Below are positions 12,181 to 26,085 of a stretch of DNA of 64,000 nt, piece by piece. The stretch spans positions 15,624,001-15,688,000 of the forward strand of contig JBHGNT010000003.1 in assembly GCA_043228905.1 (NCBI GenBank), written 5' to 3'. Within the stretch, counting starts at the first letter, position 1, and the number at the start of each line of letters is the position of its first letter. A program made the translations under genes and the position numbers. Under the pieces are notes generated by a model. It did no database searches and was not told the origin of the DNA. It worked only from the letters and a program-made list of their open reading frames with translations. The DNA comes from Azolla caroliniana (lineage: Eukaryota > Plantae > Polypodiophyta).

Positions 12181-15100
12181 AGCTAGTTTCCATTCTTTTT
12201 TGTTTTCTCGATCAACCCTTGTTCTTGTACAATCCTTGTATCATTATTTTATTCAATGGTATATATGTTATACACACACACACACATGGTACATAGCATA
12301 TATATCTGATCTTCCTCTATTATCTTTCTTGGTAGTGGAACTAGAAGATTCCACTTCTTGTGTACTTAGAAAATATGCATAAACGTAAGTTCTTTAATAG
12401 AAGGCATCGACATTTCATGCTTAGTAGATATTGCTCTTGAACCTTGCACATTAATTTATTCTCCTCTAAATTGTTTTTAATCGGGGGATGATGTGCACCA
12501 TATTTCAACGATTAAGAAAGAAATGTGTCAAAGCTCTAAACAGTTAGGATGCTTTGACCGCTTCTTTGAGTGAATATTTATTGTGTGACTAAAGCTTTGG
12601 GCATTTCTTCATATTGATATCTTTATTGTTGATTGCATGAAAGCTAGTGATTACTAACAACTAATTCATAGACATGTGGCCAGAGGTTTGATAGCTTAAA
12701 CTTCTTGTTGTTTATGTTGGAAATATCTATTATTTGCACATAATGTTACATGGACATTTGTAAGAGTGCCAACGCCAACATGTGATATCAGAATAAACAA
12801 GCCAACTCCATCATTTGATAGCAAGAATAAATGTATCCATTATAAATTTGGACATTGTGAGACTATAAGTTAGCTAAACCTCCAAACTTGTAAAATATCT
12901 CACTTTGGGAACATTAAAAGACCACTTTTTGTAGCAAGCATCTTTATCACAAATATGTACATTTTTTATATTTTTAGGCAAATAACCATCCTCCATAATT
13001 TTAAAATATCGGTACTTTGGCAACATTCAAATGTTGACTAGTATTGGCAATGTAGAGCTTTTAATGTAGATATAAAACTAGAAACAAAATTGTCTATTAA
13101 ACAATGATGGAATAATAAATATAGAATTTGTTTCCTTCAGCCCCAAATCATCATCTCTTATAATTATGGTATGATTTGCTTTAAACTCCTCTCTAGCCTG
13201 TACTGGATATGCCCATTAGATTGCAAACTATCATCGAAGATGAACTTCTACCTAACATGTCATCTCACAAGCACATTGTCTCTTTCTCAGTTTGATTATG
13301 GAGTCTTAGTTTTAGGGTCTAATGCACAAACTTTTGAGATTTTAATCTAACTCATCTCTACATTTTTCTGTGAAAACATATTTCAATCTTATGTTTGTCT
13401 TCATTAACGGTTAGATGGTGCCTAAAAATATCATGCTCAAGAAATGAAAATGAGGTCGACCATAAATGATTCAATTGACTAAGTATACTCATGTTGCACA
13501 TATATGATTCAAATAAAAAACAAGGAAGAGGTGTGCCTTTTTTATTTAAGTTAATATTCCCTATCAAGAGCATACATGATTTGAATTCGTTTGTAACCTC
13601 AGTTGTCACTACAAACATTTTCTATGTGTTTTGTATAACATCTCAAAGGGTTATGAGTCTTACCTTTATTGTTACCATTATCCTATATTAGAATGGACAA
13701 GTCACATACATAGTAATGACTGTAATCTTTCTTTCGCAAAATATAGTCAAATGGGATGAGAGATGGAGAGAGAGGCGCCTTGTACCAAAACATGAAACAT
13801 GTGGATTTGAATCCAACACCTAAAAAGATACGACTTATGAGTATTCCATGAACAAAAACCATCTTTAAATGGTTACATTATTCAATTAAGTAACATTGTG
13901 CATTGCAAGTTGTGTCTTCCATAATCGTAGTGTCTTGTAATATATGCATGCTCTTAATTTGTTTTGTTGAATAATGTCGCCAAACCGTTGGCCAAACAAA
14001 AAAATATTTGGAACTTTAGGTACTGCTAGCTTAACCAAACTAAAAAAAAGACTCATGGTTAACACATGTAAAGGACTCAAGTTAGATGATAGACAAGGTG
14101 TTTTTGTCGACAATCAATGGTGTAATTAGAGCAACGCTTTCCCCATAAATTAATGAATGCAATTAATTAGCATATTAATAGAGTGTCCATTTTATCTCAC
14201 CAACCAACCATTATTTGAACTGAAGCCCATCAATTAGTAGATAAATAACCACAACCCACTACATGTCATTCACATCTATAGCTTTGTGAATTTGGGCCAA
14301 CCAAGAAGTGGTCCAACTATGATGTATCCTATATGCAAGCATTATAAATTATAATCATATAAGGGCAAGAACAAGATGACAACTCTCTTGGATGCTGGGT
14401 GTAACATATTCTCACCTCTCTCCTTTCCGAAGCTAATTATTGCAATATGGGTAAGGGCTCTAATTATGTCAATGTCCTTGTGCATTTAACTTGTTGATAG
14501 TAAACAGATTGAGGCATATTCTATTAGATAGTCGAGCTATATTGAAATTGATCATGTACATCCAAATGTAATACAAATGCTAGCACATGTCCAAAGTCAA
14601 CTTTAGGAATACAAAAATAAACTATAAATGCAAGCCTCTTGACCATGATGGAATTTTCATGATTTTTGTAAAATAGAGGTGGTATTCTAACAAAATTCCA
14701 AAAATGAAAGATGGGCCATGGCTAATATATTGGTAGCTATGAAAGCACATGGTATACGTGTGCACAAACCCTTGGTGGGAGATACCACAAATACAAGTTA
14801 ATAATATTTTCAAGCTTTGCCAACTAAACGTATGTAGAGGGTCCCAAAACATGTACTCAACCTTGAAGATCTATGGATAACTCCAAGAATGATTAATTTG
14901 GTTGATTAGATCATCTGTAGTGGTCAATGACTATGAATACAAACATGAATTATTGTAGGTACAAATATGCAAATATAATGATGTTTATATAAGTACATTG
15001 TAGACTTTCTTCAAAATTCCCTATTATATAGAAGTGAGTTTACATAAGGGTTCAAGGTCCTTCTACAAGGAACCATGGTTGTGGGCCAAATGATAGTGAA

Positions 15101-18057
15101 AACTATGATAACATTGGGTCACAATAAGATTAAACAACAAAAAAGAGTGATAACATAGAACTAAGTGCACGATTCTTGATCAAGATTTCCTATCTTGTAA
15201 ACCATCCAACGTTGTAGGAACTAGTTTTTTGTGTTTTTATTTATTTTTATTTTTCTTGGGGTGAGAATGAAAATCCAAACTCCCAATTGGTTGGTAAGTG
15301 GATCATCAAAGTTATACCAAGCCCTCTAGAGGATTAGGAGTAATTAATGTTGTATGATTGTTCATGTCTCAACATTAATCATAATAGTTCTCAAAAAATG
15401 CCATTGATTGATGTAATTGCTAACTAATAGGAATTTTCTCTTAAGGGATCAAACCTTTCCAAGCATTGTGGGGCAATCATAGCATCAAAATACTATTGGC
15501 ACATCAGTATTTTGAAGCATATTAAAAATAAAATGGCTCTTTCTTCAAAAGGATTCTATATGTTTTCGTACTAACTTTTAAAGAGTAATTAACATCATAG
15601 GAGGAGACAAACATCTAAAATTGATCGAATAATACTCAACCAATTTTGCAATGATAAATGGAGTTAAAGGTCATGCCTCAAGCTAGGTATGCATTGAGAA
15701 ACCAAGATGTGCAACACATGAGAAGTAGATTTAACTATTGGAAGTGGATATTCCATCCTTTATTTAGGAGAAATGTACCTTGCCTCTTAAATCCTACATG
15801 TGTTGTGTTAATAGTAGACTGAACTCACAATCTATGGATTGACAAGGTGGCAAGGTTCAAAAATATGACTTGTGTCCTAGACATGCCACAAAGGTAAACA
15901 CTCATATTCATGGATTCATCTTTTAAAAATATATCTATCTATCTCTCCCTCATTTGACTAAGTAACAAAATGGATTTAAGGAAGGAAATTGCAATCAACT
16001 CGAAAACAGGCTTTTTCAAATTCCAATAAAAAATAGCTAAATTGTTACAGGCATGAGGAGAAGCTAATGATATCTCTCCCCATTCTTAGCAAATATATAA
16101 CACATTTATTTCACTCTTACTATGAGTTACTAGTGAGTAGTGCTTGGTTCAGTTACTATGGCTCAACAAGATTATTGTACCATGAACAAATTACTATGTT
16201 TGTTGTTGAGGAACATGTCAATGCCTACCACAACATAATACTATTTGCCAACTTTTCACTATGTACTTAAAAACTTTATGGGCAATATTGATTTGTTGAT
16301 TTATAAGCATGTAATAATGATATTTTGCCAATACTAGAATCAATATGCATAATTCAATTTCATGCTCTAAAGGAAATGGAATAAGGTTCATCAATCATTG
16401 AGAACATCATGAAATGAGATAATGTGAATATAATCATAATGGAATTGATTGGACCAAAAAATGTTTTAAGAAGGGTAATATGATGAGAATGGCTGAATAG
16501 ACTAAGCAAGGAACAAACCACAAGTGGTTTTAACTTTTTATGATTACATGGACTCAATTAAGGTATAGAGTGTCGTTGTGATGAAATGATACTAAAGTTC
16601 TTTGTGTTGGTGGAAGTATGTAGTTTTGATTGATAAGCATAATACGAGGATAGAAAGTATGGGGGTTCCAAGAATGTGATCACGTGGCTGATTATGTGAG
16701 TGATGTCACATGTTCTCCTAGAGGGTGAACATTAAATGTGCATCATGGTTGTATAATTATTAATAGTACACGAACCCTATAGTCCTTTATGGGAAATTTT
16801 ATAAAGTTTGGAAAAACCTCTAGTTCACTTGAGGTTTAGTATGTCCCATTCACGCCATAATTGTGTATGAAAATACGAGCACTACTTTTCTTTTGATAAT
16901 ATGTCAAGTCTGTCCTAAAAAAGCTGAAAAAAAGCAAAGTATAACAGTAATGTCACAGGCTAGTCGTGCAAATGTTTTCACTCACTTTAGTTTGGATAAT
17001 ATCATTGTGCACAAATACATCAACCTTGGAGTTGCACACACACTTAAGTTTATCTTTGCAAGGTTACCTTATAACCTTGCACCCATGGTGATGTTGATCA
17101 TGTGTTCACTATTAGAGAGGACTTTATTATATATGTGTATGTAGTTACTGTTAGTATGGATGTATGTATTCCAAGGCTCTTAATAATTGTTGCATTCTAG
17201 CATTTCAAAGGGAGCTGGGTGACCTTCCTATTATGGAAGTTGTAATATTTATTCTATTTGGGTGTATCAAAACATAAATAGTTCTCATATAAAGCATCAA
17301 AACATAAAATGTAGATTAGTGAATAGAGTGCATTGGTAATATAAAGCATCACTACGTCCACTAATAAAAATCACTTTCCCTTTCCAAAAGTGGCTACCAA
17401 GCAAAGTCTTCTACTACATGACAAATTTCCAAGCATAAATCATTTCCTTTTGCCAATATAGTTTCTCTATATTATGGATCCATTTCCTTGTGGTAGGGAA
17501 GTTTCTCAAAATACAAATCACTCTTTGATTTTGCAAAATAAAATTATTTGATTGATTGAAGATTCAAAAACCACAACACATGAGTATTGTGGATTTCAAG
17601 AAGAAACATTAGACATGTGTTATTGTAAAGATCCTTGATGCATACCGACATACAAAAGTATGATCTAGAGATGAGTGCATTGTGTGAGTGCACACACATG
17701 CGGAAGGCACATAAGGAGAAGCCTGCATGCGCACACGCACGCATGTACGCACAAACACACATTTATAATGATGTAGAAATGAGGGGATGGGGATAATGTT
17801 TTTTACATTTGGTGACAAGATGAAAGTAAAAAAACAAAGTGGTGTTCAAAAGGGAAAAGGAAGTTACAAAAAGTTTGCTATAATTCCAGCTCATTTGATC
17901 AAGACAAGAAACAAAAGAGGGGGGGAACTCCATGCCCAAAAAACGATAACCATTATTGTCCATGCGTTGAGTAAAGAAACAAGTTGTAGTGAGAGAAGAA
18001 GAGAAGAGAGAGGGACATCATGGGATAAAGGGACATAAATACATATGTATGTCTATC

Positions 18058-18116
18058 TATATAAAGTACAACAACAATAACAAGAAGAAGCAATCATAGA
18101 GATCTAGACCACAAAG

Positions 18117-18147
<31 letters not shown>
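18058..18147 (+). promoter_or_regulatory. Putative TATA box and (GA)n leader tract of the dirigent gene
   Basis: TATATAAA at 18058-18065, about 90 nt before the ATG; (AG)n 18121-18147. Confidence 0.55.
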
Positions 18148-18150
<3 letters not shown>

Positions 18151-18151
18151 C

Positions 18152-18724
18152 ATGGCTCTTATCAACCATCATCACAACAACAAGAAGAACAAGATGATCC
18201 AACCATTGGTGTTGGTGGTTGTGGTGGTATTTTGTTTCGCTTGTCATGCGCCACGGGGGGTGGACGCCAAGACCATAAAGTTCTATCTGCACCAGAAGTT
18301 CGGCGTGAATGAGTTCAGCACCGTCCCGGCCGCAGTCCCCCCGGTTCCTCCCACACGCAATGGCGTGGGCCTCCAAGTTGTGTACAACTACCTCGCGACC
18401 AAAGGCGCGTCCAATTCGTCCAAGTCCCTCGGCTTCGTACGCGGGACATCGGTCGTTGTCAACAACACCGCGTCATCCACCGTCTTCTTCGTCTCCAATG
18501 TCTTCCACTATGATGATGGTAAAAATGTAGGAACTTTCTCCCAGCAAGGGGAGGCTGATTTTGCAAGCGGGAACCCTTGGGAATTCGCGGTCATCGGGGG
18601 CACCGGATATTTCCGGAATGTCTATGGCTACAACGGCGGCCAAGTCTATTCGGTCACCCCTGTCACCAACAGCACCCCCATCATTGTCACTAAATACCGA
18701 GCCCGTCTCTCCTTCAAAGGCTAG
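18152..18724 (+). CDS. Dirigent-like protein (DIR family), secreted, intronless
   Basis: Hydrophobic signal peptide (possible start at the second Met, MIQPLV, 18194). Motifs KFYLHQ, TKGASNSSKSLGFVRG, WEFAVIGGTGYFRNVYG match dirigent motifs. N-glycosylation sequons (NSS, NNT, NST). Intact, GC-rich ORF in AT-rich DNA. Confidence 0.88.
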   Translation: MALINHHHNNKKNKMIQPLVLVVVVVFCFACHAPRGVDAKTIKFYLHQKFGVNEFSTVPAAVPPVPPTRNGVGLQVVYNYLATKGASNSSKSLGFVRGTSVVVNNTASSTVFFVSNVFHYDDGKNVGTFSQQGEADFASGNPWEFAVIGGTGYFRNVYGYNGGQVYSVTPVTNSTPIIVTKYRARLSFKG

Positions 18725-21700
18725 TTGTTCATTAGCTAGCCACTCAATTTGGTGATAAAAGCTAGTTCTACTGAGTTGCCTATGTCCTTGTTCTTTCTTT
18801 GATCTCTCTATTTAATCAAATCATTCCGTTACTTTCTTTGCTCAAATGTAGCTATAAGGTTAGATTGGCTTGTTCCATATCATGGTTCTTTCACATTTAG
18901 TTGATCTCATGTGTATTTAAGTTTACAAGGCTTACAATCTCTCTAATATGCTTGCTAATGTTTTTATGGCGGTTTAGTTAATTTGTGCCCCCGGGTTTGT
19001 TCGACCATGGCTGGCTAATCACACTTACATATATATCCGTCTAAAAACCGTTACCTATGGACCTGCATTACACATCACATGAGCAAAGTCGTTGTGGTTC
19101 TCATCTCCTTTGAACCCACGCCAACATTTTGTGAACACCTTTACACAACCCACTCTAAATCCACAATGCATTATGGACACACTTTGCGATTAATACCTTG
19201 AATAACCCACATTGAATCTGCGATATACTTTCTTCATTGTAATTATTGACCTTCAAAGAATTTTAATGAGCCCTTAGTAGTGGAATGTGATTAGCATTGT
19301 CCAAGTAATCTCTTGCATAATTGTTCTTACACTACTCACCATTCGATCATGACAAGCTAGGTATTGAAGTTGCATTATGGTGTTAGATTATATGAAGTAT
19401 GGTGACATGTAAGGTATGCAATAAAGACCACTAGAAGATGAAGATCATTTGCTTTGAGTATTGCAGATGTCAATGATGAATGTCCATTAAGGCATGTGCT
19501 AGTGTAGCTAAAATGTCAACTTTCTCCAGGCTTGCATTTGCAATGCTAGAAAAATGTAGGGAGAAAATTATATCCAATCATAGCCTAAACACCATACGCC
19601 CGTTGTTGACATAAGATATTGAATATACTAGAAACGTACTTAATTAAGAGGAATTGAATTAAAGTGAAGTGTTACTTGGAATTCTAAAGTTTAGTTCAAT
19701 CATAGTATGCACCATGCAACCTTGCTCCACAGGAGAAAAGATCCTCTTAAATGGAGAATATTAGAAATCCATTTTGCTAATAGTTATACCTATATGATGT
19801 TAAACATTAGCAAGACTTTGTTTCAATATGGCTTCTTGACCTCTTGGAATACATAACAGTGTAAGCTATTATCAATGTTAGTAATGCTTTATTATAAGTC
19901 TTCCAAGTTACTAAGAGGACTAGAAATGCAACAATTTACTCTAGTGACAAAAGCATCCCCAAAACTTACAATACAAAAAATGCTAGAGTTCTTTGCATTG
20001 AAAAAAGTAATGACAATATGTTGTAACCTATATTGTAAGTTACACTTCGAGGCAATGATCAATGATCTTTACATGCTCAAGTTGAATGCGTATTGTAATA
20101 ATCTCACATGATGTAAATGTCCTATTTAAGACACTTCATTGAATCACTCCAGAACGCTTATTTGCATTCACTACTTTTTGGATGCCAAGTGGCATATGAG
20201 TAATTATTTGAAATCAAAGATGCAAAGAAGTGATTTGAATTCATAGATGTAATGAACCTTAACCCTACTACTACTAGTAGAAAATATCATGTGCGAATTA
20301 TATTTTCATAGAATGTGCAATGACAAATGAAAACAATGGAAATACGTTTCAATCCATACCAAATCTAATATCCTACATTGTGCTTATATAAGGTCATAAC
20401 TCCAACATATTAAACACTTGCTAACAATTCAATTGTTCATGATGGGTTTTTTACACAACACTCTTTGAAGGGATGAAAAATCTTTGTGAATTGAAGTTTC
20501 CTAGTGACAAAAATGAAGGAAAAGTGATTATATCACACAAAAATGGGTCCTAAGATGCATACATAAAAATGATTAAAACATATGCACGAGGATACTAATA
20601 GCTAGGAAAATTCTAACCATAACAACTTTGAGCAAAACGAAAACATTTAACTTTACACCACTACATCAATCAATTCATATACGCAACCTGGACTAAACAT
20701 TTGCATACTTATTTGGGCTATCTAGCAAGTTGTACGAGGTTACAACTATGTAAATACTTTAGGATTTAAATACACACATGCTAATCAACCTTTTCTAATT
20801 TCTACGTCGTTCCCCCATGATAGCATTATATATAATCTCATAAATCTATGATTTTTCTGTATTTTATCATTTTACAGGGAACAAAATGAGTTGCCCAACA
20901 AAGAGACAAGCTCAACTCTTTTATTGATCAATGTCAAGATATTATGAACCATTAAGAAAGGTGATACATCTAAAAAGTTACAATATAGGGAACGCAACCA
21001 AGATACCCATTATGATGAATATTAGACCTCTTATTTTTATTAATATCAAAAGTTTCCCGTTACACAATGTCTTGACTCTTGATAAAAAAAACACTCCCCC
21101 TTGGGTTGCTTAATAATGTGAATGCAATGATATATTCTCTATAACAAGGCATCACTTAATGTGTTATTACCATTTTCTCTCATTATTTTTCTCCTTACCA
21201 TTCATTGCCTATTCAAGAATGTTATTAGGCAATGAATTTAAGGAGACATTACTATTTCAGATTTGATATTTATGATACTTTCCCTATAACGTCATTTGAA
21301 AGTATAACACAAAACTTGAGCTCCCGATATACTAGACATGATTCAAAGTATAAAATTTCAAGATTAGAATTTAGGAATCAATTAGTCTTTTTATCTCATT
21401 GAAAAGCTACACCTTTTTACTCTACTCACATGAATGAAGACAACCTCAGTACTATTATTTTGCCTCTTAACATATATGAGAACCCACACCCTTATTTATT
21501 TTATATACTTCACTCATGTAAGTAAGAGTGACTTTCCTATTGTGCAACAATTAGGATGTTTTTAGCGTCTACATTTATGTATCTACATATGTTTCATTCT
21601 AAACCATGATGGGCATTTACTTCCTTATCAATTTACTAGCTCACATCAATGAAAAACTTCAATATTGTGAGAATTGACATGTTTGGGTCTCTCTCTCCCT

Positions 21701-23459
21701 ATAAAAAAGTAGTGTATATTTTAAAAGAATATGATGACATAAAAGCCCCTACTGACCCTACTCCCTACGACAACAGTGAGGAATTTATGGCAAGGTAAAC
21801 CCTCTTGGATTATGTAAAGTTTGGTGACATAAAGGCAATTTCTTACAAGAAAAAGGGAGCTCAATTAGGAAAGTGAGAAATCAGTTCACTTCAATCTAGG
21901 TACTAGAAATTATGGTATTCCATGGACATCATGAAACAAAAACTCATTCATCATACTCTAGATTTATCATAGACCTCAATATTGAAGGTAAACAAACACT
22001 GCTTACACAATGAGGATGATAAAGCTCTAGCTCTTCAAACCAAAACTCACTATAAGGTGACACAATTATCCTACTTAATGGTGCCCAAAGTTGTTACAGT
22101 CTATAGAGCAACCTAAATAGTTTTTAGCCAAATGAGGGGCACAAGAGAACAATGCTTCCAATTTGCCATCTTTCTCAATCACTCTCTAGAAAAAAATGTC
22201 ACATCTAAAATGATTAGATGTTTAAAGAAAATTATAATACGAAATTTGGCTCCCATTGTTCCAAAGGAACAATTTTGCATGAAATCGAAAATGAGATAAT
22301 ATTCTACATTGTACACATGCCATAATGTTCCATGTACGCATTACTTTCACCACCAACCAAGCTCTACCTTCAATCAATTTATGATAGAGATAATTAGTGA
22401 CCATTGTACATATTAGTACAATGCTCAATGTATATGATACCATCACCACCAACCTAACTCGATCTTTAATCAGATTATGATTAACATGATTGATATGTAC
22501 TACAATTACCATGAAACTTCCTTCTATGAAAGTCACCCTCATGCTCTCACATTTGTATATTTCTACATGTCAAACTTGCTCAGGGAACCTTTAGAAAGCG
22601 TATAAGTTAAGCATGTCAATTTATCTTTGTATTTTAGATTGGTTGGATCTTAGGAATCCTAATGATCAATAGCGAAGTTACAACCATGGATGGTAATAAA
22701 ATCAAACTACTCACTCCCTTGATATAAAGGGAGTGCATGCAACACCCATAGGGTCATATATTCAGAGGAGACTCAAATTCATGATGCTCTTACTCATCTA
22801 ATAAACCTTAACCAATAAACTAACATTGGTTTCAAATAAATTAACCAAATGATAAGCATGCAAAATAGCTAACTGTTGGACATGCTTTGATGCTAGGTGA
22901 TGAACATAGATTGATGCTAGTTGGCAACTGTGCATAAGTTTAAGGATATTACGTATACATAAGAGATAAGTTGTTATGGCATTCCATTTTTTTATAATAA
23001 AATTCTTTTTCTTTATTCTCCTTTTCCTAATTAGTATTGTTTTTTGCTTTAGACACGTGCTACATTGATGCTTAAAGTCTCACCAATACTATTTTCAACA
23101 TGACGCAAAGAAATCAACCCATTCTTTTTGTGAACACGTCCATAATCTAGTTTCTTTTATCAACTACCCCATGGGGTTGTTTGACTTGACTCTAGTCAAT
23201 AAATAACGTTAATCATTATCTTGATATGGCCTCAAATAAGAATTGAACCATTAGGAGTTCATGGGCCTCAAACACCAACGTTTGTTGAATGATCTACAAC
23301 CTTAGGGGTTTCACTATCAAAACTAGTATGATAGCATGTGAGTTCATCAAAAGGGGTTTAAATGAGCCATTGAGATATAAAATGTATATATATAAGGGTA
23401 TTAATAAATATTCAAAAATATATTTGCATAAGAGTATTATCAATTATGCTAGAGAATAT

Positions 23460-23885
23460 ATTTACATAAGGGTAGCATGTATACATACATTCGTATATAC
23501 ATGCATGCATGCATATATACCTACATTCAAACATTACATCCATGAATATGTATATACATACATTAAACCCATTTATACATGCATACTAACTAAACATAAA
23601 TATATGTACAATATATATTACCATACATACATGCATACTAACTAAACATAAATATATGTACAATATATATTACCATACATACATGCATACTAACTAAACA
23701 TAAATATATGTACAATATGTAAATATGTACATACACATACATAAATACATTACATACTATATATATAAATGCATGCTACATACATATTAGAATCAACCAA
23801 ATATATTGACATACATATATACATAAACATACATAAAAATTACAGATTACATATACACATACACATTCTTAGAAACATATATATA
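23460..23885. repeat. ATAC-rich low-complexity tract with a 52-bp minisatellite (~2.8 copies, 23575-23718)
   Basis: Unit atacatgcatactaactaaacataaatatatgtacaatatatattaccatac repeated with 52-bp spacing. Confidence 0.85.
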
Positions 23886-23911
23886 TATTTTTTCCTAGAA
23901 AATATCTTTTC

Positions 23912-26085
23912 CTTAGTCATCGTCCAAGATATCCAGAATACTCTGCTCTAGGGTATCCAATGGTTGTTCGGAACTCTGTTGTTGTTGTTGCTGGTGTGGC
24001 TGCTGTTGTGGCTGCGGCTCCTCCGACTGTTGCTCCTAAGAGTGCGTCTGTTCGGTTCCCGGTACCGACGATTGTGGCGGTGATTCCTCCGTTAGCTGCT
24101 CCGCCGGATTTGACTCTGGTTGACTCGTCCCGGCCTTGTCTCCGTCCGGTCCTTGCTTCGGTGATGGCTCCTCATCGCTGAGGTTGACGGTCGCTGCCTG
24201 CTTTGCTTCTTCTCTCCGTAGCCTGGTCCGCTCATAGCTCTCAAATTGGATTTGAGCATCCAGTCGATCATCATCTAGTTGTGCTACAAGTTGTCAGACC
24301 ATTGTTGACTGCTCCTCCGCCAGAGTTACAAAATCTTTGGCTAACTCATCTCTTATGGCGGTGAAGTCCTCCTTTGTTAGCATGTAGCAGTTGTCGCCAT
24401 CCTTCTGCTGGTTTTCTGCGTCCGCCCGTAGCAACTAGAGCTCGGCTGTGTGCTTTGCCCATTTGTCCCACCATTGCGCGGAGCTTTCGTCAATCAAGCA
24501 TTTGGTCTTGTTCCTCCATGCCTGGACAATGAACTGGATCCACTCCAATCCCATCTTTGACTTGTCCTCCGCGGCTTGCCGTTCGTCCTTCAACTGCTTG
24601 ATGAGTGCCATCGTATCCACCTCTTGCTCCCGGTAATGTGACAATTGGGTTTGATAAGTGTTCTGTAGCCTTTGCAAGATCATCGTCGCTCTTTCCTTCT
24701 CTTCATAATGCTGCTTATGCAGCTCCATCTGTTCTTGCGTAGCTTCCTCCAGCAGCGTGGTTCTTTCAGCCCGTTCCTCCGCCAGCGCCGTCTCAACTCG
24801 ATGCACCTCTTGCCGGAGCTCTACCATCTTCTCCTGCTGTTTCTTATGCTCCGTATCCAGGTGCTTGTAGTCTCGGTGCAGGTGCTCAAAATCATCAGTC
24901 TTCTGCTTTAACTTTTGGTTGAGTTGCCGGCGAGCACGGTCTTCCCGGTCCTTCTGCTGACGGAGTTCTTCTTTCAGCCTTTCGATCTCTGTTTCCGCCA
25001 TCCGTCGCAGCTTCTCCTTTTCTTGCAGCGCCTTCTCTTTCTCCTCCTTCAGCCGGTCATAGGCCTGATGTCCTTTCCGCAGATTCTCTTCTGCCTGACG
25101 GAGGTTCTTAACAGTCTTTCATTGCTCTTCTTTTGCCGCTTTCTTCAAGTCCCGCTCTCAGGTGCGTAATGCTTCCTGTGTGGCCAGTTCCTCTTTTAAT
25201 TCAGCAAGCTCTTTTGCTTGCGCCGCCACTATCTCCGGGACTGTTTCCGTCTCCGGGGTCTTATTGCTATGTACAGTTGCCGATGCTTCTTTATTCTGTA
25301 CATCTACCAGAGTCACCGGTGCTTGGAGCTGTGGTTCGGTTAAGGCCATTTTGGCTAATTCTTCTGTGACCAGGTCCAACTCTTGTTCTAGGCTTCAGAT
25401 CCTTGATCGGGCCGTCTCTAGTTCTCTGGTTGTGACGAGCAACCGGTCCATCTGCGTTTTCTCTTCCGCCTCTATGTAGTGTACCACTCTGGCAATCTAT
25501 TCTCCAATCCATCGGAGCCATTGGCTGCCGGTGCCCTGTTGTTGCGTTTGCTCGAAGGGTTGGCTGTTGGTGTCGTTGGCTAGTGGTCGGTTTTCTCTGG
25601 TTGCGTCGAGCTGCAACTCTGGCTCTTATTGGTGACCACTTTGCCATTCTGGTTGCGGCTCCGTTGGTCGCTCCGCCTCTGAATGCTCTTGGCCTGCCGG
25701 TGGGGTAGGCAACTGTACTTCTGACGCTTGCATTTCGGGTCTTGCCGTATCCTGACCCGTCGGTAGAGGTTGTTGTGCAGGGAGCTCTGTGACCGGTTCT
25801 GTCCGAACCGGTTCCGGTTCCGGTTCCATCCTTGGTGCGGGCTGCTCAGGGCGGGGTACAGGCGTTCCATCCTTCTTTGGGTCCAAACGCTCCCCGACAT
25901 GTTTGGAGGTGCTTGCCTTCTGGCGCCGCTGGAGGCACTCTAACGGTTCCTCCTCTTGAGTCCCGATGTTGATTTTCGCTTCCAAGGGGTCCGACACTTG
26001 TTGAACCAGTCGGCTAAGCCTGATCTTGATTGGCCGTACCGGTGGCTCCTCCTGCGTTACCGCCTGCCGCTTCCTATTGGTGCGC
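23912..26085 (-). pseudogene. Disrupted long coiled-coil ORF with Pro/Glu/Gln-rich flanks, probably an accessory ORF of a Gypsy element
   Basis: Consecutive minus-strand ORFs 25626..25997, 25158..25379 and 24435..25001 (E/K/Q/R heptad-like), ending ...QQQQQQSSEQPLDTLEQSILDILDDD* at 23912. Base composition resembles neighbouring retroelements. Confidence 0.55.

Noticed and set aside
12200-17990. Short AT-rich ORFs of 60-95 aa
   Set aside because: No motifs, compositional shift or splice structure; consistent with chance ORFs.
20895-22250. Possible ancient Copia LTR and gag relic
   Set aside because: Only a 15-bp LTR-end motif is recognisable; no boundaries or translatable domains could be supported.
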